From assembly GCA_038883715.1 (NCBI GenBank), contig JAVZLS010000006.1:1-64000 (forward strand): a stretch of 64,000 nucleotides of DNA. Direction: 5' to 3'. This DNA comes from Candidatus Bathyarchaeia archaeon. Its GTDB lineage: Archaea > Thermoproteota > Bathyarchaeia > Bathyarchaeales > Bathycorpusculaceae. Made by a program: the position numbers and the translations under genes. Below are positions 37,574 to 47,267 of this stretch, piece after piece (the first letter of the stretch is position 1; each line of letters starts with the position of its first letter). Under the pieces are notes generated by a model that ran no database searches, had not been told where the DNA came from, and saw nothing but the letters and a program-made list of their open reading frames with translations.

Positions 37574-37840
37574 ACGTCTGGAAAAGAGAAGAAAATTTTG
37601 ATTGGTCCTCCAAGGCTTACCCGCTTCGAGAAAGCCAGAGTAGTCGGCGCAAGAGCCCTACAAATATCCATGGGCGCCCCAATCCTCGTGGACGTCCCAG
37701 AAGGCTATTCAAGCCCAATAGACATAGCCCTAAGAGAACTTGAAGCTGGCATACTTCCTATAACGATTAGGCGAACCCTTCCAGACGGCACTTATCAAGA
37801 TATCCCGCTTAAGTGGCTTCTTGAAGAGGAGAAGAAGTAA
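37574..37840 (+). CDS. rpo6: DNA-directed RNA polymerase subunit Rpo6 (K)
   Basis: [26 protein letters not shown]...LPITIRR; start is ACG 37574 or TTG 37598. Confidence 0.93.
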   Translation, partial: TSGKEKKILIGPPRLTRFEKARVVGARALQISMGAPILVDVPEGYSSPIDIALRELEAGILPITIRRTLPDGTYQDIPLKWLLEEEKK

Positions 37841-37854
37841 AACTCGCCTCTTTT

Positions 37855-38337
37855 TCAGCTTTTTTCTGTTTTTGCAAGCTCCTTTGCCGTTTCAAGAGTT
37901 CTCCTTATCCTTGCCCAGTGAGCCCCCTGCCAGTAGATTTGCCCGCATTTTGGACACTGCCAGAACTCGTTGTAGTAGGCGTATGTGGTTTCTTCAACCT
38001 TGCCTCTAACGTTTTCCTTTGATGTCGGCTTCACTTGTGCGTTGCATTTTGGACAGCGCGATACAGCCATGTTTATGTCTAGGCTTATGCTGAATTTTTT
38101 GGCGAGCTGTGCTAGCCTTTCGGCTTCTGTTTTGCCATCCACATAGAAGGCTTGCACGCCTTTTGCCGTGGCTTGCTGGTAAAGCTCCAAATCCCTCGTT
38201 AGGAGTATACGCCTCTCCCTTTTCGCTATGGCAATCAGTTGCACGTCGTCCAGCTTGTTCGAGTATTTCACATTGTGCCCCAGCATCCTAAGCCAACGGG
38301 TGAGTTTTCCAAGCATACCGTCAACAATGAATTTCAA
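37855..38337 (-). CDS. Mut7-C RNase (PIN + Zn ribbon) protein
   Basis: FIVDGMLGKLTRWLRMLG, LLTRD, RCPKCN, CPKCGQIYWQGAH. Confidence 0.92.
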   Translation of the reverse strand: MKFIVDGMLGKLTRWLRMLGHNVKYSNKLDDVQLIAIAKRERRILLTRDLELYQQATAKGVQAFYVDGKTEAERLAQLAKKFSISLDINMAVSRCPKCNAQVKPTSKENVRGKVEETTYAYYNEFWQCPKCGQIYWQGAHWARIRRTLETAKELAKTEKS

Positions 38338-38344
38338 GGCTGTT

Positions 38345-39697
38345 CTACTCCCCAGTTTTTGCTTCGTGTTTGATTATTTTTCCGCATCCAGGTTTAGCCA
38401 CTATTTCGCCTTCATCCATAACTAGTTTCCCGCCTACAAAAGTTTTGACAACCATGCCTTTGACGGCTCTACCATCGAAGGGTGAAAACTTCGCCTTGGA
38501 ATGAAAACGGGAAGCGTCAATCCGGAACTCTCTTTTCAAATCAACAGCCACTAAATCGGCTTTAAAACCCTCCTTTAAGCTTCCAAAGCCCTCTAACCCC
38601 AAGATTTTCAATGGATTTTCACCCATAAGCCTGACAACATCGGCTATGCTAAGCCTTCCGGCGTTCACCTCGGTAAGCAGTAAGGGGAGGGTTGTTTCAA
38701 GTCCGGGGATGCCAACTTTAACATCCCAGACGCTGCCAGCATTTTTCTCCGTCAAAGTGTGGGGTGCATGGTCTGAGCCCACCACGTCAATCCAACCATT
38801 TTTTAAGCCTTCCCATAAGGCTACGTTATGGCTTTTGCTTCTAAGCGGAGGCATTGTCAAAGCCAATGTTCCAAAACGCCTCAAATCCTCGTCTGACAAG
38901 AACAAGTGGTGGGGCGTAACCTCACATGTTACTGGTAAACCAGCCTTTTTTGCTTCAGTCACTAGGTTTAAGCCTTGTTTTGTGCTTATGTGGCAGAAGT
39001 GCACGCGCACCCTTGTCTCTTTAGCTATTTTTAGTACGCGTTTTATGGCTTCTGCTTCCGCCCTTTCAGAATGCGCCTCAAGAAAAGCCTCTATATCCCT
39101 TTTCCCTTCCCGCTTAAGCCTTTCCTCAACACTTTTAATTATGCTCTTATCTTCGGCGTGCACAGCAATTGGGATTCTTGAAGCCACCTTTTTGAAGGCT
39201 TCTGCAAGCGCACCATCATCTTCTATGTTTATTCCGCCCACCTGCTCGCTTAGGAAAAGCTTGAAAGCCATAGCGCCAGCGCCGATTACCTCGTCTATTT
39301 CATTTATGTTTTTTGGAAACTCGGAGTAGAAGCCCACATTAACCAAAATTTTTTCCTCAGCTTTTTTCATTCTATTTTTCAAAGTTTCAGCGTTCATAGT
39401 GACTGGACTGTTGTTAGGCATATCCAAAACAGTTGTGAAACCACCTGCCGCAGCAGCTGCCGTGCCACTGTAGAAGTCTTCTTTGTAGGCTTTGCCCTCA
39501 TCCCTTAAGTGCACGTGAACGTCAATTAAGCCTGGCAGAACAAGGAGCCCTTTAAGGCTTATTTCGGCTTCAGCCTTAGGCATCTGCGGCTCTTTTCCAA
39601 TTTTTGCTATTTTGCCATTTTCGATGGCTAGGCAGCACTCTGCGACGGCGCCGTTTACGTAGGCTTTCAGGTCTTTTAGGACAAGTTCAGCTTTCAA
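38345..39697 (-). CDS. pyrC: Dihydroorotase
   Basis: PGLIDVHVHLR, DMPNN, HAED, HIST, EVTPHHL, SDHAPH, SPFDG. Confidence 0.88.
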   Translation of the reverse strand: MKAELVLKDLKAYVNGAVAECCLAIENGKIAKIGKEPQMPKAEAEISLKGLLVLPGLIDVHVHLRDEGKAYKEDFYSGTAAAAAGGFTTVLDMPNNSPVTMNAETLKNRMKKAEEKILVNVGFYSEFPKNINEIDEVIGAGAMAFKLFLSEQVGGINIEDDGALAEAFKKVASRIPIAVHAEDKSIIKSVEERLKREGKRDIEAFLEAHSERAEAEAIKRVLKIAKETRVRVHFCHISTKQGLNLVTEAKKAGLPVTCEVTPHHLFLSDEDLRRFGTLALTMPPLRSKSHNVALWEGLKNGWIDVVGSDHAPHTLTEKNAGSVWDVKVGIPGLETTLPLLLTEVNAGRLSIADVVRLMGENPLKILGLEGFGSLKEGFKADLVAVDLKREFRIDASRFHSKAKFSPFDGRAVKGMVVKTFVGGKLVMDEGEIVAKPGCGKIIKHEAKTGE

Positions 39698-39733
39698 CTT
39701 TCCACTCTTGGCTGGAAAATAAGCATTGGAAAG

Positions 39734-41158
39734 CTAAATAAATTTAGCCGAAAGATTTTCAAAAAAGCTTTTTTCAGTTATCGCTGCAACGGTGCTTTTA
39801 ACTTTTTCAAAAAGCGCCTCGCTTACGATGCCTTTTTCCAAGGCTTTTTCAAGTTTTTCCATATCAACAACCTTTGTTTCACCATTTGGGCGGATGCAGA
39901 CATCCACTTCCAAGTCTATGTAGCGCACCGCATCTGGATAAATTTCCACTGGCGTGTTTATGTTTATGTAGGCGCCTTTCCAACGTCCATCCTTTGAGAA
40001 GTAGTTGGTGGTTATGTACCATTCGCCAAGCTTTGTTTGGCTTACCGCCCTGTCGCCAGCCTCTTTGGCTACGCCTAACCCATCATAAAAGCCATCAGCC
40101 CTGATGATTCTGCTGTATTTTAGCTCTTGGCTGTTTATGGCTTCTATTTTTGCCTGTCCAAGATGGAAGACTGCCCCGCTGAGTTTAACGTGTTCCACAT
40201 CAACCGCTGATCCCTCATCAGGAAATTCTGGCTGAACTTGCCCTCTTAAAAGTTGTTCAACATCGCTTTTGCTTCGTCCCTCCTCTAGGAGCTTTTCAGC
40301 CATTTCTAGGGCTGCTGAAACCTTGCCGCCGCAACTTTTGTAGAAATGGTGCCCCTCAATGGTTGGCGAAACAGAAGCCCTCAACAAGTCTAATTTTGCT
40401 TTTGAAAGGCTTGGGAACTCAACATCCATAAAATGTAAGCCTTCAATAATTAGGGCTGGCGCATCAGCCGAAGACGCAGCCACATTTAAGGCTTCAACCT
40501 TTTCACAGAGCTTTGCCACCTCATTTTCCAGAACCGATTTGGGAGCGGGGGCGGCTGGCTCCCGCCAAATTATCCCCCAACCTTCCGGCGCCAGCTTTTT
40601 CCCAAGCGCGTAAAGCTCTGCCCTCTTGTGTATATCTCTAATTTTTAGGCTCACGCCGCCATTGCTTTTCTGCGCAAGTATGGCGTAGTTTCCAACGATT
40701 TTAAGCTGAGATGTTAAAACTGGAGATTTTCTTCCAATGCGTCTCCTTGCAACTTGGACTATTACGGCGTTTTCGTTTTGGCTTTTGCTTGGAGCTTCAT
40801 GCTTGGGTAGCAGACCAACAACATCCTCGCTTATTTTAACCTGAAATACATCGTCGCTTTCGCCTATAATTGTACCTTTGTATATGCCATCCACGCTTAT
40901 GTTCCATTTCCTTGCTATGGCATCCTCAAACGTGCAATGAAGAATCTTTTGGAAAGCTTTTGTGGCTTCTGGTGTGCCTAGCGCCACCACTCCTTGAAGG
41001 TCGTGTCTATCCTTTATTTTTAGGTCTGGAGGCTCGCTGTTGTCTGGAATGCTGAACCGCGTCTTTATGGTTTGGGATGGCCGGACTATTTGGAAGCCGT
41101 TTTCCAAGAGCAGTTTTGTTAAGGCTGTTGTGTATATTCCCCTAACCTTGGCTCTCAA
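39734..41158 (-). CDS. fau-1: FAU-1-family RNA-binding ribonuclease (RNase E/G-like + DUF402)
   Basis: KVRGIYTTALT, GHHFYK, GFYDGLG, YININTPVE, RYIDLEVDV. Confidence 0.88.
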   Translation of the reverse strand: MRAKVRGIYTTALTKLLLENGFQIVRPSQTIKTRFSIPDNSEPPDLKIKDRHDLQGVVALGTPEATKAFQKILHCTFEDAIARKWNISVDGIYKGTIIGESDDVFQVKISEDVVGLLPKHEAPSKSQNENAVIVQVARRRIGRKSPVLTSQLKIVGNYAILAQKSNGGVSLKIRDIHKRAELYALGKKLAPEGWGIIWREPAAPAPKSVLENEVAKLCEKVEALNVAASSADAPALIIEGLHFMDVEFPSLSKAKLDLLRASVSPTIEGHHFYKSCGGKVSAALEMAEKLLEEGRSKSDVEQLLRGQVQPEFPDEGSAVDVEHVKLSGAVFHLGQAKIEAINSQELKYSRIIRADGFYDGLGVAKEAGDRAVSQTKLGEWYITTNYFSKDGRWKGAYININTPVEIYPDAVRYIDLEVDVCIRPNGETKVVDMEKLEKALEKGIVSEALFEKVKSTVAAITEKSFFENLSAKFI

Positions 41159-41160
41159 GG

Positions 41161-42198
41161 CTAGCCAACCTTCTCAACCTTGTAAAGCCCATTAACACTT
41201 TTAACACCGAATTTTACGCCCAGAAGGGTTTCAGCCAGCCAGATGTTTGTCTCCAAATGGTCTGAGAGGGCTCTTGTTATGTAGGCTGACCTGCCCCTAG
41301 CTAAAGCCACGTATGGAATGAGCATGTCAGCCAAGTGAACGTCAACGGTAGCCCTAGAAGAGATTTCAGCGTGAAGCTTTTCTGCGGCTTCAACCCCAAC
41401 GGCTTCGCTTGTCTTTCCAAGCTCCCCAATAGAGTCTGCGCCTAGCACTGCTCCCTTGTCAGTTTCAGCCCAAAGCACTAGGGAGCTCCCCTTCTGAAGT
41501 GGATTAGAGCGGTCGTTCACTATTTGGATGTCGGCTTTCAACCCAAACTTTTCGAGGTGTTTGTTTGCGGCTGCTGCTTGGCGTTCAGCCACCCGCCTAT
41601 CCGCCAGAAAAGTGCAGACCGAAACGCCCATAACAGACTTTATGTTGCCAAAATCTTCTAGGTATAGGGGTTTAAGCTCTTTACAAGGCTCAACTGTTAA
41701 GGTTGCTTCTCCCATGCCTTTCGGATAATAGCCATACTTGTGGACGGTTATTTCGGCGTTTATGCCCATCCGCCTTAAAACCGGCAGAAAGACGAACCGC
41801 ATATAGTTTATTGTTGGCGAGTGGGAGACATCTGTTCCACCCTTAGAGATGCGGAGGCGGACACTGTTTTTTGCAAAGATACAGATGGGTAGAACGGTCA
41901 TGATGAGCATTGGTATGCTTCCAGCAGTGCCAATCTCAGCCTCAAAAACTCCTCCTTTAACCTCCTTCGGCGTGAACCAAAGCTCCCTAGAGTTTAAAGC
42001 TGCACCTTTGACTTCCGCGTCGCAGAGCTTCGCCGCTGTCAAAACAGCCTCTAAATGCTGTGGCCGTAAGCCGGGTTGCGGTCTGTTTTGGCGTATGTTG
42101 TATATATGGAGAGGCTGCCCAAGAATGGAGGCTAAGGCTACTGAAAGCCTTAGGATGGTTCCACTTCCGCTTTTCTGGCTTCCGTCAATCTCAATCAA
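41161..42198 (-). CDS. rtcA: RNA 3'-terminal phosphate cyclase
   Basis: IEIDGS, RPQPGLRPQH, TAGSI, GGTDV, GYYPKG, DVHLADML. Confidence 0.93.
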   Translation of the reverse strand: MIEIDGSQKSGSGTILRLSVALASILGQPLHIYNIRQNRPQPGLRPQHLEAVLTAAKLCDAEVKGAALNSRELWFTPKEVKGGVFEAEIGTAGSIPMLIMTVLPICIFAKNSVRLRISKGGTDVSHSPTINYMRFVFLPVLRRMGINAEITVHKYGYYPKGMGEATLTVEPCKELKPLYLEDFGNIKSVMGVSVCTFLADRRVAERQAAAANKHLEKFGLKADIQIVNDRSNPLQKGSSLVLWAETDKGAVLGADSIGELGKTSEAVGVEAAEKLHAEISSRATVDVHLADMLIPYVALARGRSAYITRALSDHLETNIWLAETLLGVKFGVKSVNGLYKVEKVG

Positions 42199-42300
42199 CA
42201 GTGGACTAGCCCCTTTCCATTTGACGCTGTGGTGGCTTTCACAGACAATAATTAAATACGGCTATAAGGTATTAAGCATTTGAAGAGCGTGAAACGAAAC

Positions 42301-42702
42301 ATGAGCACCGAGAAAGAGCACATCCAAAAACTCGCAGAAAAAGTAGACGAACTCCTTGTGGTTTTAAACAACATAGCGGAAGACCTAAGAATAGTCTCGG
42401 CATCGCTAAGGTCAATAGCCGTCTCACAGCTTGCCCAACCGCCGCCAACAACACCAGCCCCAGAAAAGCCCGAAGCAGAGAAACCTCTAGGCATCGATGA
42501 TGTCAAAATGATGTTCCCAGAAGATTTAGAAGGACTCCTAAACTTCGAGGATAAGGGCGAATACATCAAAATTACTCCCCGCCAATATTTAGGTGCAGAA
42601 AACTTCGCCAAAATAGCCCAAATAGCTAGAGGAGCCGGAGGAGATTACATAAGCGCTGGAAAGGATAGCCACTTCCGCATCCCCAAGAAAAGAGTAAGCT
42701 AA
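42301..42702 (+). CDS. Hypothetical protein (coiled coil, Pro-rich linker, small C-terminal domain)
   Basis: 133 aa ORF, divergent from rtcA. Confidence 0.7.
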   Translation: MSTEKEHIQKLAEKVDELLVVLNNIAEDLRIVSASLRSIAVSQLAQPPPTTPAPEKPEAEKPLGIDDVKMMFPEDLEGLLNFEDKGEYIKITPRQYLGAENFAKIAQIARGAGGDYISAGKDSHFRIPKKRVS

Positions 42703-42974
42703 TATCTTATTTCGAAGTCTCGAAACTCGCCGGTATAATTCTCCCACCGCACATCAACTTTTGTGACTTTTGCGCCGGGCGGTCCATGCCTACAAAAGTC
42801 TATTAGCTCTTTCACGGCTTCTTCCTCGCCTTCGAAGACGGCTTCAACCCTGCCGTCTGGAAGATTGCGAACCCAACCCTTAACACCGCGCAACCTAGCC
42901 TCTTGCCTAGTTTCATACCTAAAGAAAACGCCTTGAACGTGTCCGCTGACAAAAACATGTGCCCTAACTTTCAT
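42699..42974 (-). CDS. acyP: Acylphosphatase
   Basis: VSGHVQGVFFR, GWVRNLPDGRVE, GPPGA. Confidence 0.95.
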   Translation of the reverse strand: MKVRAHVFVSGHVQGVFFRYETRQEARLRGVKGWVRNLPDGRVEAVFEGEEEAVKELIDFCRHGPPGAKVTKVDVRWENYTGEFRDFEIRY

Positions 42975-43019
42975 GGCACCATCTCTCGTTTCTAAATTTT
43001 GTTTTCTCGGTTTATTATT

Positions 43020-43901
43020 CTACTCAAAAGGTTTTCTTGCTTGAACAATCACATCGGAATATTCATCGCCCTCGATTGGCAACAAATCCATGGGGTGGTA
43101 GGGCCAAACCCCAGAATAAACTTCTTCAATACATTCGAGTGTGAAACCGGTTTTTTCCAAAACTTTTTTCAGCCTTTTTTCGTTTGCTATCTGCGCCACT
43201 CCATACTTTTCAGCAACTTCTATGCTTTTAGAGCCTTCATTTAACCAAATGGATGTGAAAACTGTCTTCCCGCCGGGCTTTAGAACGCGGAAGCATTCTT
43301 TAAGTGCTAACACCGTTTCTGGGATGTTGTCGAACCCGAAAAAGGATGATATTGTTTGAAAAGATTCATTTTTAAACGCCAAATGTTTGGCGTCGGTCAC
43401 CACAAGTGAAAGCTTGCTGTAAAATCCGGCTTTCTTAGCTTTGTTCATGGTCCCGCGCAGTGGTTTCTCGTCGATGTCCGTGCCTATGATCAGCATTTTC
43501 TCGGGACTGTTTCTCGCTAATTGAAGAATAAATGTTCCCATTCCGCTTGCGATGTCTAGAATCATGTCGTTAGACTCCTTAAATGAGGCGATTACGTAGT
43601 GGGCAAGTTTCTCTTTGAGTTTTTCCAGTGCTGCCTTTTGATCTTCGCGTAAATATGAGGCATATTGTCTTTGTATCTCATCGTATCTGCGTTCGTCAAT
43701 CACGTCAACTTTCCATTCAAACTCGCCTGCTGAAAGCTTCGCGTCTTTAATTAATCCAATCTCCTCCTTAACTTGGTACATGTGTCCTTTGCCACATTCT
43801 AAAATTCCATTGACGAGGCGGTATTCTGATGTTTCTCCATTAAAAGTCAGCGGAGTTTTGCATATTGGGCATACAAGAACTTTCAGCAACTTATTGTGCA
43901 T
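43020..43901 (-). CDS. Class I SAM-dependent methyltransferase with N-terminal Trm112-like Zn domain
   Basis: LVCPICK...LECGKGHMY; ILDIASGMG, GTDID, RVLKPGG. Confidence 0.85.
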   Translation of the reverse strand: MHNKLLKVLVCPICKTPLTFNGETSEYRLVNGILECGKGHMYQVKEEIGLIKDAKLSAGEFEWKVDVIDERRYDEIQRQYASYLREDQKAALEKLKEKLAHYVIASFKESNDMILDIASGMGTFILQLARNSPEKMLIIGTDIDEKPLRGTMNKAKKAGFYSKLSLVVTDAKHLAFKNESFQTISSFFGFDNIPETVLALKECFRVLKPGGKTVFTSIWLNEGSKSIEVAEKYGVAQIANEKRLKKVLEKTGFTLECIEEVYSGVWPYHPMDLLPIEGDEYSDVIVQARKPFE

Positions 43902-44059
43902 AGCTCTCCCATAATGGAAACGTCTAGCCTTGTTTAAAACATTGTCGTCTTTTAACGTTTCTTCTTCACTTTAACTTAACTCTCTCCCCGGGATGGTTTT
44001 GCCGTTGCACCGCTCGCCTTTAAAAGGGATAAGAGCAAACCGGTTTTGAGGCCTAAACT

Positions 44060-44395
44060 TTGCTGGAAGACAATCGTGGGAAATTGTTGGTTTATGTCTC
44101 AAACGTGGGGATTCACACGGAAAGACTGAAAGCGGTGAGCGCCGCCGTCGAGAAGACTGCTAGAATGTTGAATCTAGAAGTTGAAATAGTCCCATTAAAA
44201 GGAGCAAATGCCCTAATCTATATCTATTACAAGGACGGCGTAAACGAACCTGTTCCCCTTTACTGCGACAAGGAAAGCGAAAACAGCACAGAAAAAGTTT
44301 GCACAACCCTAAGGAGCATGATGTTTGTCTTGTCTTTTCACCCAAAATATTCGGCTTTAAAGAAGATTAGGAGGGAGATTATCCGCTTTTCCTAA
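44060..44395 (+). CDS. Hypothetical protein
   Basis: 111 aa ORF filling the gap; ends MFVLSFHPKYS.LK.IR. Confidence 0.6.
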   Translation: MLEDNRGKLLVYVSNVGIHTERLKAVSAAVEKTARMLNLEVEIVPLKGANALIYIYYKDGVNEPVPLYCDKESENSTEKVCTTLRSMMFVLSFHPKYSALKKIRREIIRFS

Positions 44396-44711
44396 ACCTT
44401 ATGGACTGATTTTCGAGGGTTATCTCATAAATCTGGTTAACATCGAAATCTATGCCTAAACTCTCGTATTCCTGCTCTGTTAGGAAGAGAATTATCTTCG
44501 GGATTGTGAACTGCACACGCCCCGGAAAGATTGGCAGTTGCTGCTGAAGCGCTTGGAGAACATCTTGTACCATTTTTGCCTCTTCGGTTTGAGGTCTAAT
44601 GGCGAATTGGGGGATTGGACGCTCTTCAACAAGTTCTATGCGCTTCCCAAGGTTCCCATCAATGTCGCGAATAGACTCAATCTTGTTCACTCTAACACGG
44701 AACATAATCAT
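44379..44711 (-). CDS. Arcadin-1 family protein
   Basis: RIELVEERPIP, EEAKMVQDV, PKIILFLTEQEYESLG, DVNQIYEITLEN match my recollection of Pyrobaculum arcadin-1. Confidence 0.7.
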   Translation of the reverse strand: MIMFRVRVNKIESIRDIDGNLGKRIELVEERPIPQFAIRPQTEEAKMVQDVLQALQQQLPIFPGRVQFTIPKIILFLTEQEYESLGIDFDVNQIYEITLENQSIRFRKSG

Positions 44712-44788
44712 CCACTTTAGAAAAGCGGAAACAGCTATTTAGGAGTTAGGGTTTTAGAGCAGTTTATATTGTTGAATGCGTTTTTGAG

Positions 44789-46036
44789 GTGCGATTTCAG
44801 TTGTGGAGCAAGATTAAAAGGGAGTTTGCCTTCATTCGAGGAAATTTCCTAGTGCTTCTTTTAAGCTACCTTCTATTCAATTTGGGCTATGCCATGACGT
44901 CGCCTTTCGAGTCGCCCTTCGTAGAAAGCCTCGGAGCTACACCAGCCTTGATAGGCGCAATCGGCGCCATAGGCTCATTTATCCTATTCCTCGTCCGCAT
45001 CCCAGGAAGCTACATAACAGACAAGCATGGCAGAAGGCAGATAATTGTAACAATGACTTATGGCGTTGTCTTGGCAAACGTCTTTTTCATTCTGGCTCCC
45101 AACTGGATTTTCTATGCCGTTGGAGTAATCGTCACAAACATATGCCTAATTTACCAGTCAGCTCTTGAAGCTATTGAAGCAGACTCGCTTTCGCCTGAAA
45201 AACGTGGTTTTGGTTATGCCGCCTTCAGAGTTTTACCCTTTCTTCCCTCAATCTTTTCACCTTTAATTGCTGGAGCAATAGTAAGCCGATTTTCTATCGA
45301 CCCTGGGATGCGGATAATCTACGCCATGGTGCTTGCTGTGGGTTTGGTTGCCGCAGTTCTGCGCCACGCCTTCCTTAAAGAGACTTTGAAGGAGCCGAAG
45401 CCCATTAGTTTAAAAGAGCTTAAGCTGGCTTTTAGGAACTCTGCAAAGGAAATTTTTGCTTCTTGGAAGCTGATGCCAAAAAGTTTAGTTTTCCTCCTAA
45501 TGTCAACCCTTATTATTGCGTTTACAGACCCCTTCTTCTATCGCTTTGGTTCTCTTTACGTCCTGAATGTTGTCAGACTAAGCGATGTTGAGTGGGGCGC
45601 GGTGAACACGATAAATCTTGCGACGATGCTGGCAGTTGGACTTTTACTGGGCAAAGCCATAGATGTTTTTGGAAGAAAGAAAGCCCTCATAATGGCGCAT
45701 GCAATCTTTACGCCAACAGTGATTTTCTTTATCCTTTCCAAAAGTTTTCTAATGTTTGCCATAGTCTACGTTTTCTTCGCTATAGCCTCGGTTCTTTTTG
45801 GTCCAGCGACTGCGGCGCTGCAGGCAGATATGGTTCCAAAAGAGATGCGGGGCAGAATAATGGGAAGCACGGGCGCCCTTTACATCCTTGCCAGTGCTTT
45901 GGGTTCTTTTGTGGGAGGCGTTCTATACGAAAATCTGAATCCAATAGCGCCATTCCTATTATGTATTCCACTGGACATAATTGCCCTACTAATAGTCTTG
46001 TTTAAAGTTAGGGAGCCAGAGAAAAAGGAAACTTAA
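44789..46036 (+). CDS. MFS transporter
   Basis: 12-TM pattern; GSYITDKHGRR and GKAIDVFGRKK motif A. Confidence 0.92.
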   Translation: MRFQLWSKIKREFAFIRGNFLVLLLSYLLFNLGYAMTSPFESPFVESLGATPALIGAIGAIGSFILFLVRIPGSYITDKHGRRQIIVTMTYGVVLANVFFILAPNWIFYAVGVIVTNICLIYQSALEAIEADSLSPEKRGFGYAAFRVLPFLPSIFSPLIAGAIVSRFSIDPGMRIIYAMVLAVGLVAAVLRHAFLKETLKEPKPISLKELKLAFRNSAKEIFASWKLMPKSLVFLLMSTLIIAFTDPFFYRFGSLYVLNVVRLSDVEWGAVNTINLATMLAVGLLLGKAIDVFGRKKALIMAHAIFTPTVIFFILSKSFLMFAIVYVFFAIASVLFGPATAALQADMVPKEMRGRIMGSTGALYILASALGSFVGGVLYENLNPIAPFLLCIPLDIIALLIVLFKVREPEKKET

Positions 46037-46042
46037 ACACGC

Positions 46043-47245
46043 CTACTCCATTTCAATGGTGGCTGGCGGTTTAGGCGTAACATCATAGTAAACAGCTGAA
46101 ACATTTAGACATTTTTCGATAATCGCGTTTGCCGCTCCCTCCAAGGTTTTCCATGGTATTTCTGAAACCTGTGCCGTTAGGAAGTCCTTTGTCTGCACCG
46201 CCCTTATACTTATGACGTAGGGCTTTTTCTCCGGCATTTCCCTAACAGCGTAGAGCACCCTTGTTATTGTCGGGTTTTCGCTGGTTATCTTCGCCTGCAA
46301 CGAAACGAGTTTAGGTATATCTGTTTGGTAGGTTTTGCCCTCTGCCGTTTCAGCTTTTATGCCTACAATTTTTCCGTAGCGTCTTTCGCCGCCCTTCACG
46401 CCAGTGGCTTTGTCCCTAAAAACCTTCACGTGAACGTTCCGAGAAGGCACATTTAGGAGCCGCGCCACAGTCTCTTTCACATGCGATATCGAGGGCTCTG
46501 CTGGTGCCTCTTCATTGTCTATTATTGCCGCGAAATATTGGCTTGGCTTATGCTCGGCAAGGGCGCCTTCAACTATTGTTGTAGCTTTTTTCAGTGTTTC
46601 CAACTTGTCTGGGCGGATTTCACCCACAACTCGAACCGACAAGCCTGGTCCCGGGAAAGGTTGTCTTTCAGAAACTTCTGGTGGCAGACCAAGACATCTG
46701 GCGACCATACGCACTTGCTCTTTGTAAAGCATCAAGAGTGGTTCTACAACTTTGAAGCCAAATTTTTCCACGGGGTTTATGCCTATCTGCTCTAAAACGT
46801 TATGCTGGGTTTTCACGCCGCCAACAGTTTCCACAACATCCGCGCGGATTGTCCCTTGAACGAGAACGCGGCAATTTTCCCTTTTTGCAGTCTCGCTTAG
46901 GACCGTGTAGAAGGTTTCCCGAAACTTTTTCCGCTTCTCCTCAGCATCGCGCAAGCCTTTCATGGCGTTAAGGAAGCGTTCCCTAACATCAACTATTTTA
47001 ACTGGCACTTTAAACGGTTCTTTTGAAAGGATTTCGGCAACCTTTTCTGGTTCGCCCTCCCGCATGAAGGCGTCATCCAAAATCACGCACACAAGGTTTT
47101 CGCCTATAGCCTTGCGGGTTAGAACAGCGCATGTTGTGCTGTCAACACCACCAGAAACAGCCACCAAAGCCCTTTCACCGCCTATAACCTTCCTTATTTC
47201 CACAATTTGCGCTTCAACAAATTTTTCTGGGTTAAAGCTCTCCAT
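46043..47245 (-). CDS. guaAB: GMP synthase ATP-pyrophosphatase subunit (B), extended C-terminus
   Basis: SGGVDS PP-loop, LVQGT, KTQHNV, RQPFPGPGL, YDVTPKPPATIE. Confidence 0.93.
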   Translation of the reverse strand: MESFNPEKFVEAQIVEIRKVIGGERALVAVSGGVDSTTCAVLTRKAIGENLVCVILDDAFMREGEPEKVAEILSKEPFKVPVKIVDVRERFLNAMKGLRDAEEKRKKFRETFYTVLSETAKRENCRVLVQGTIRADVVETVGGVKTQHNVLEQIGINPVEKFGFKVVEPLLMLYKEQVRMVARCLGLPPEVSERQPFPGPGLSVRVVGEIRPDKLETLKKATTIVEGALAEHKPSQYFAAIIDNEEAPAEPSISHVKETVARLLNVPSRNVHVKVFRDKATGVKGGERRYGKIVGIKAETAEGKTYQTDIPKLVSLQAKITSENPTITRVLYAVREMPEKKPYVISIRAVQTKDFLTAQVSEIPWKTLEGAANAIIEKCLNVSAVYYDVTPKPPATIEME

Positions 47246-47267
47246 ACGTGTTTGAGCTCCTTCACTT

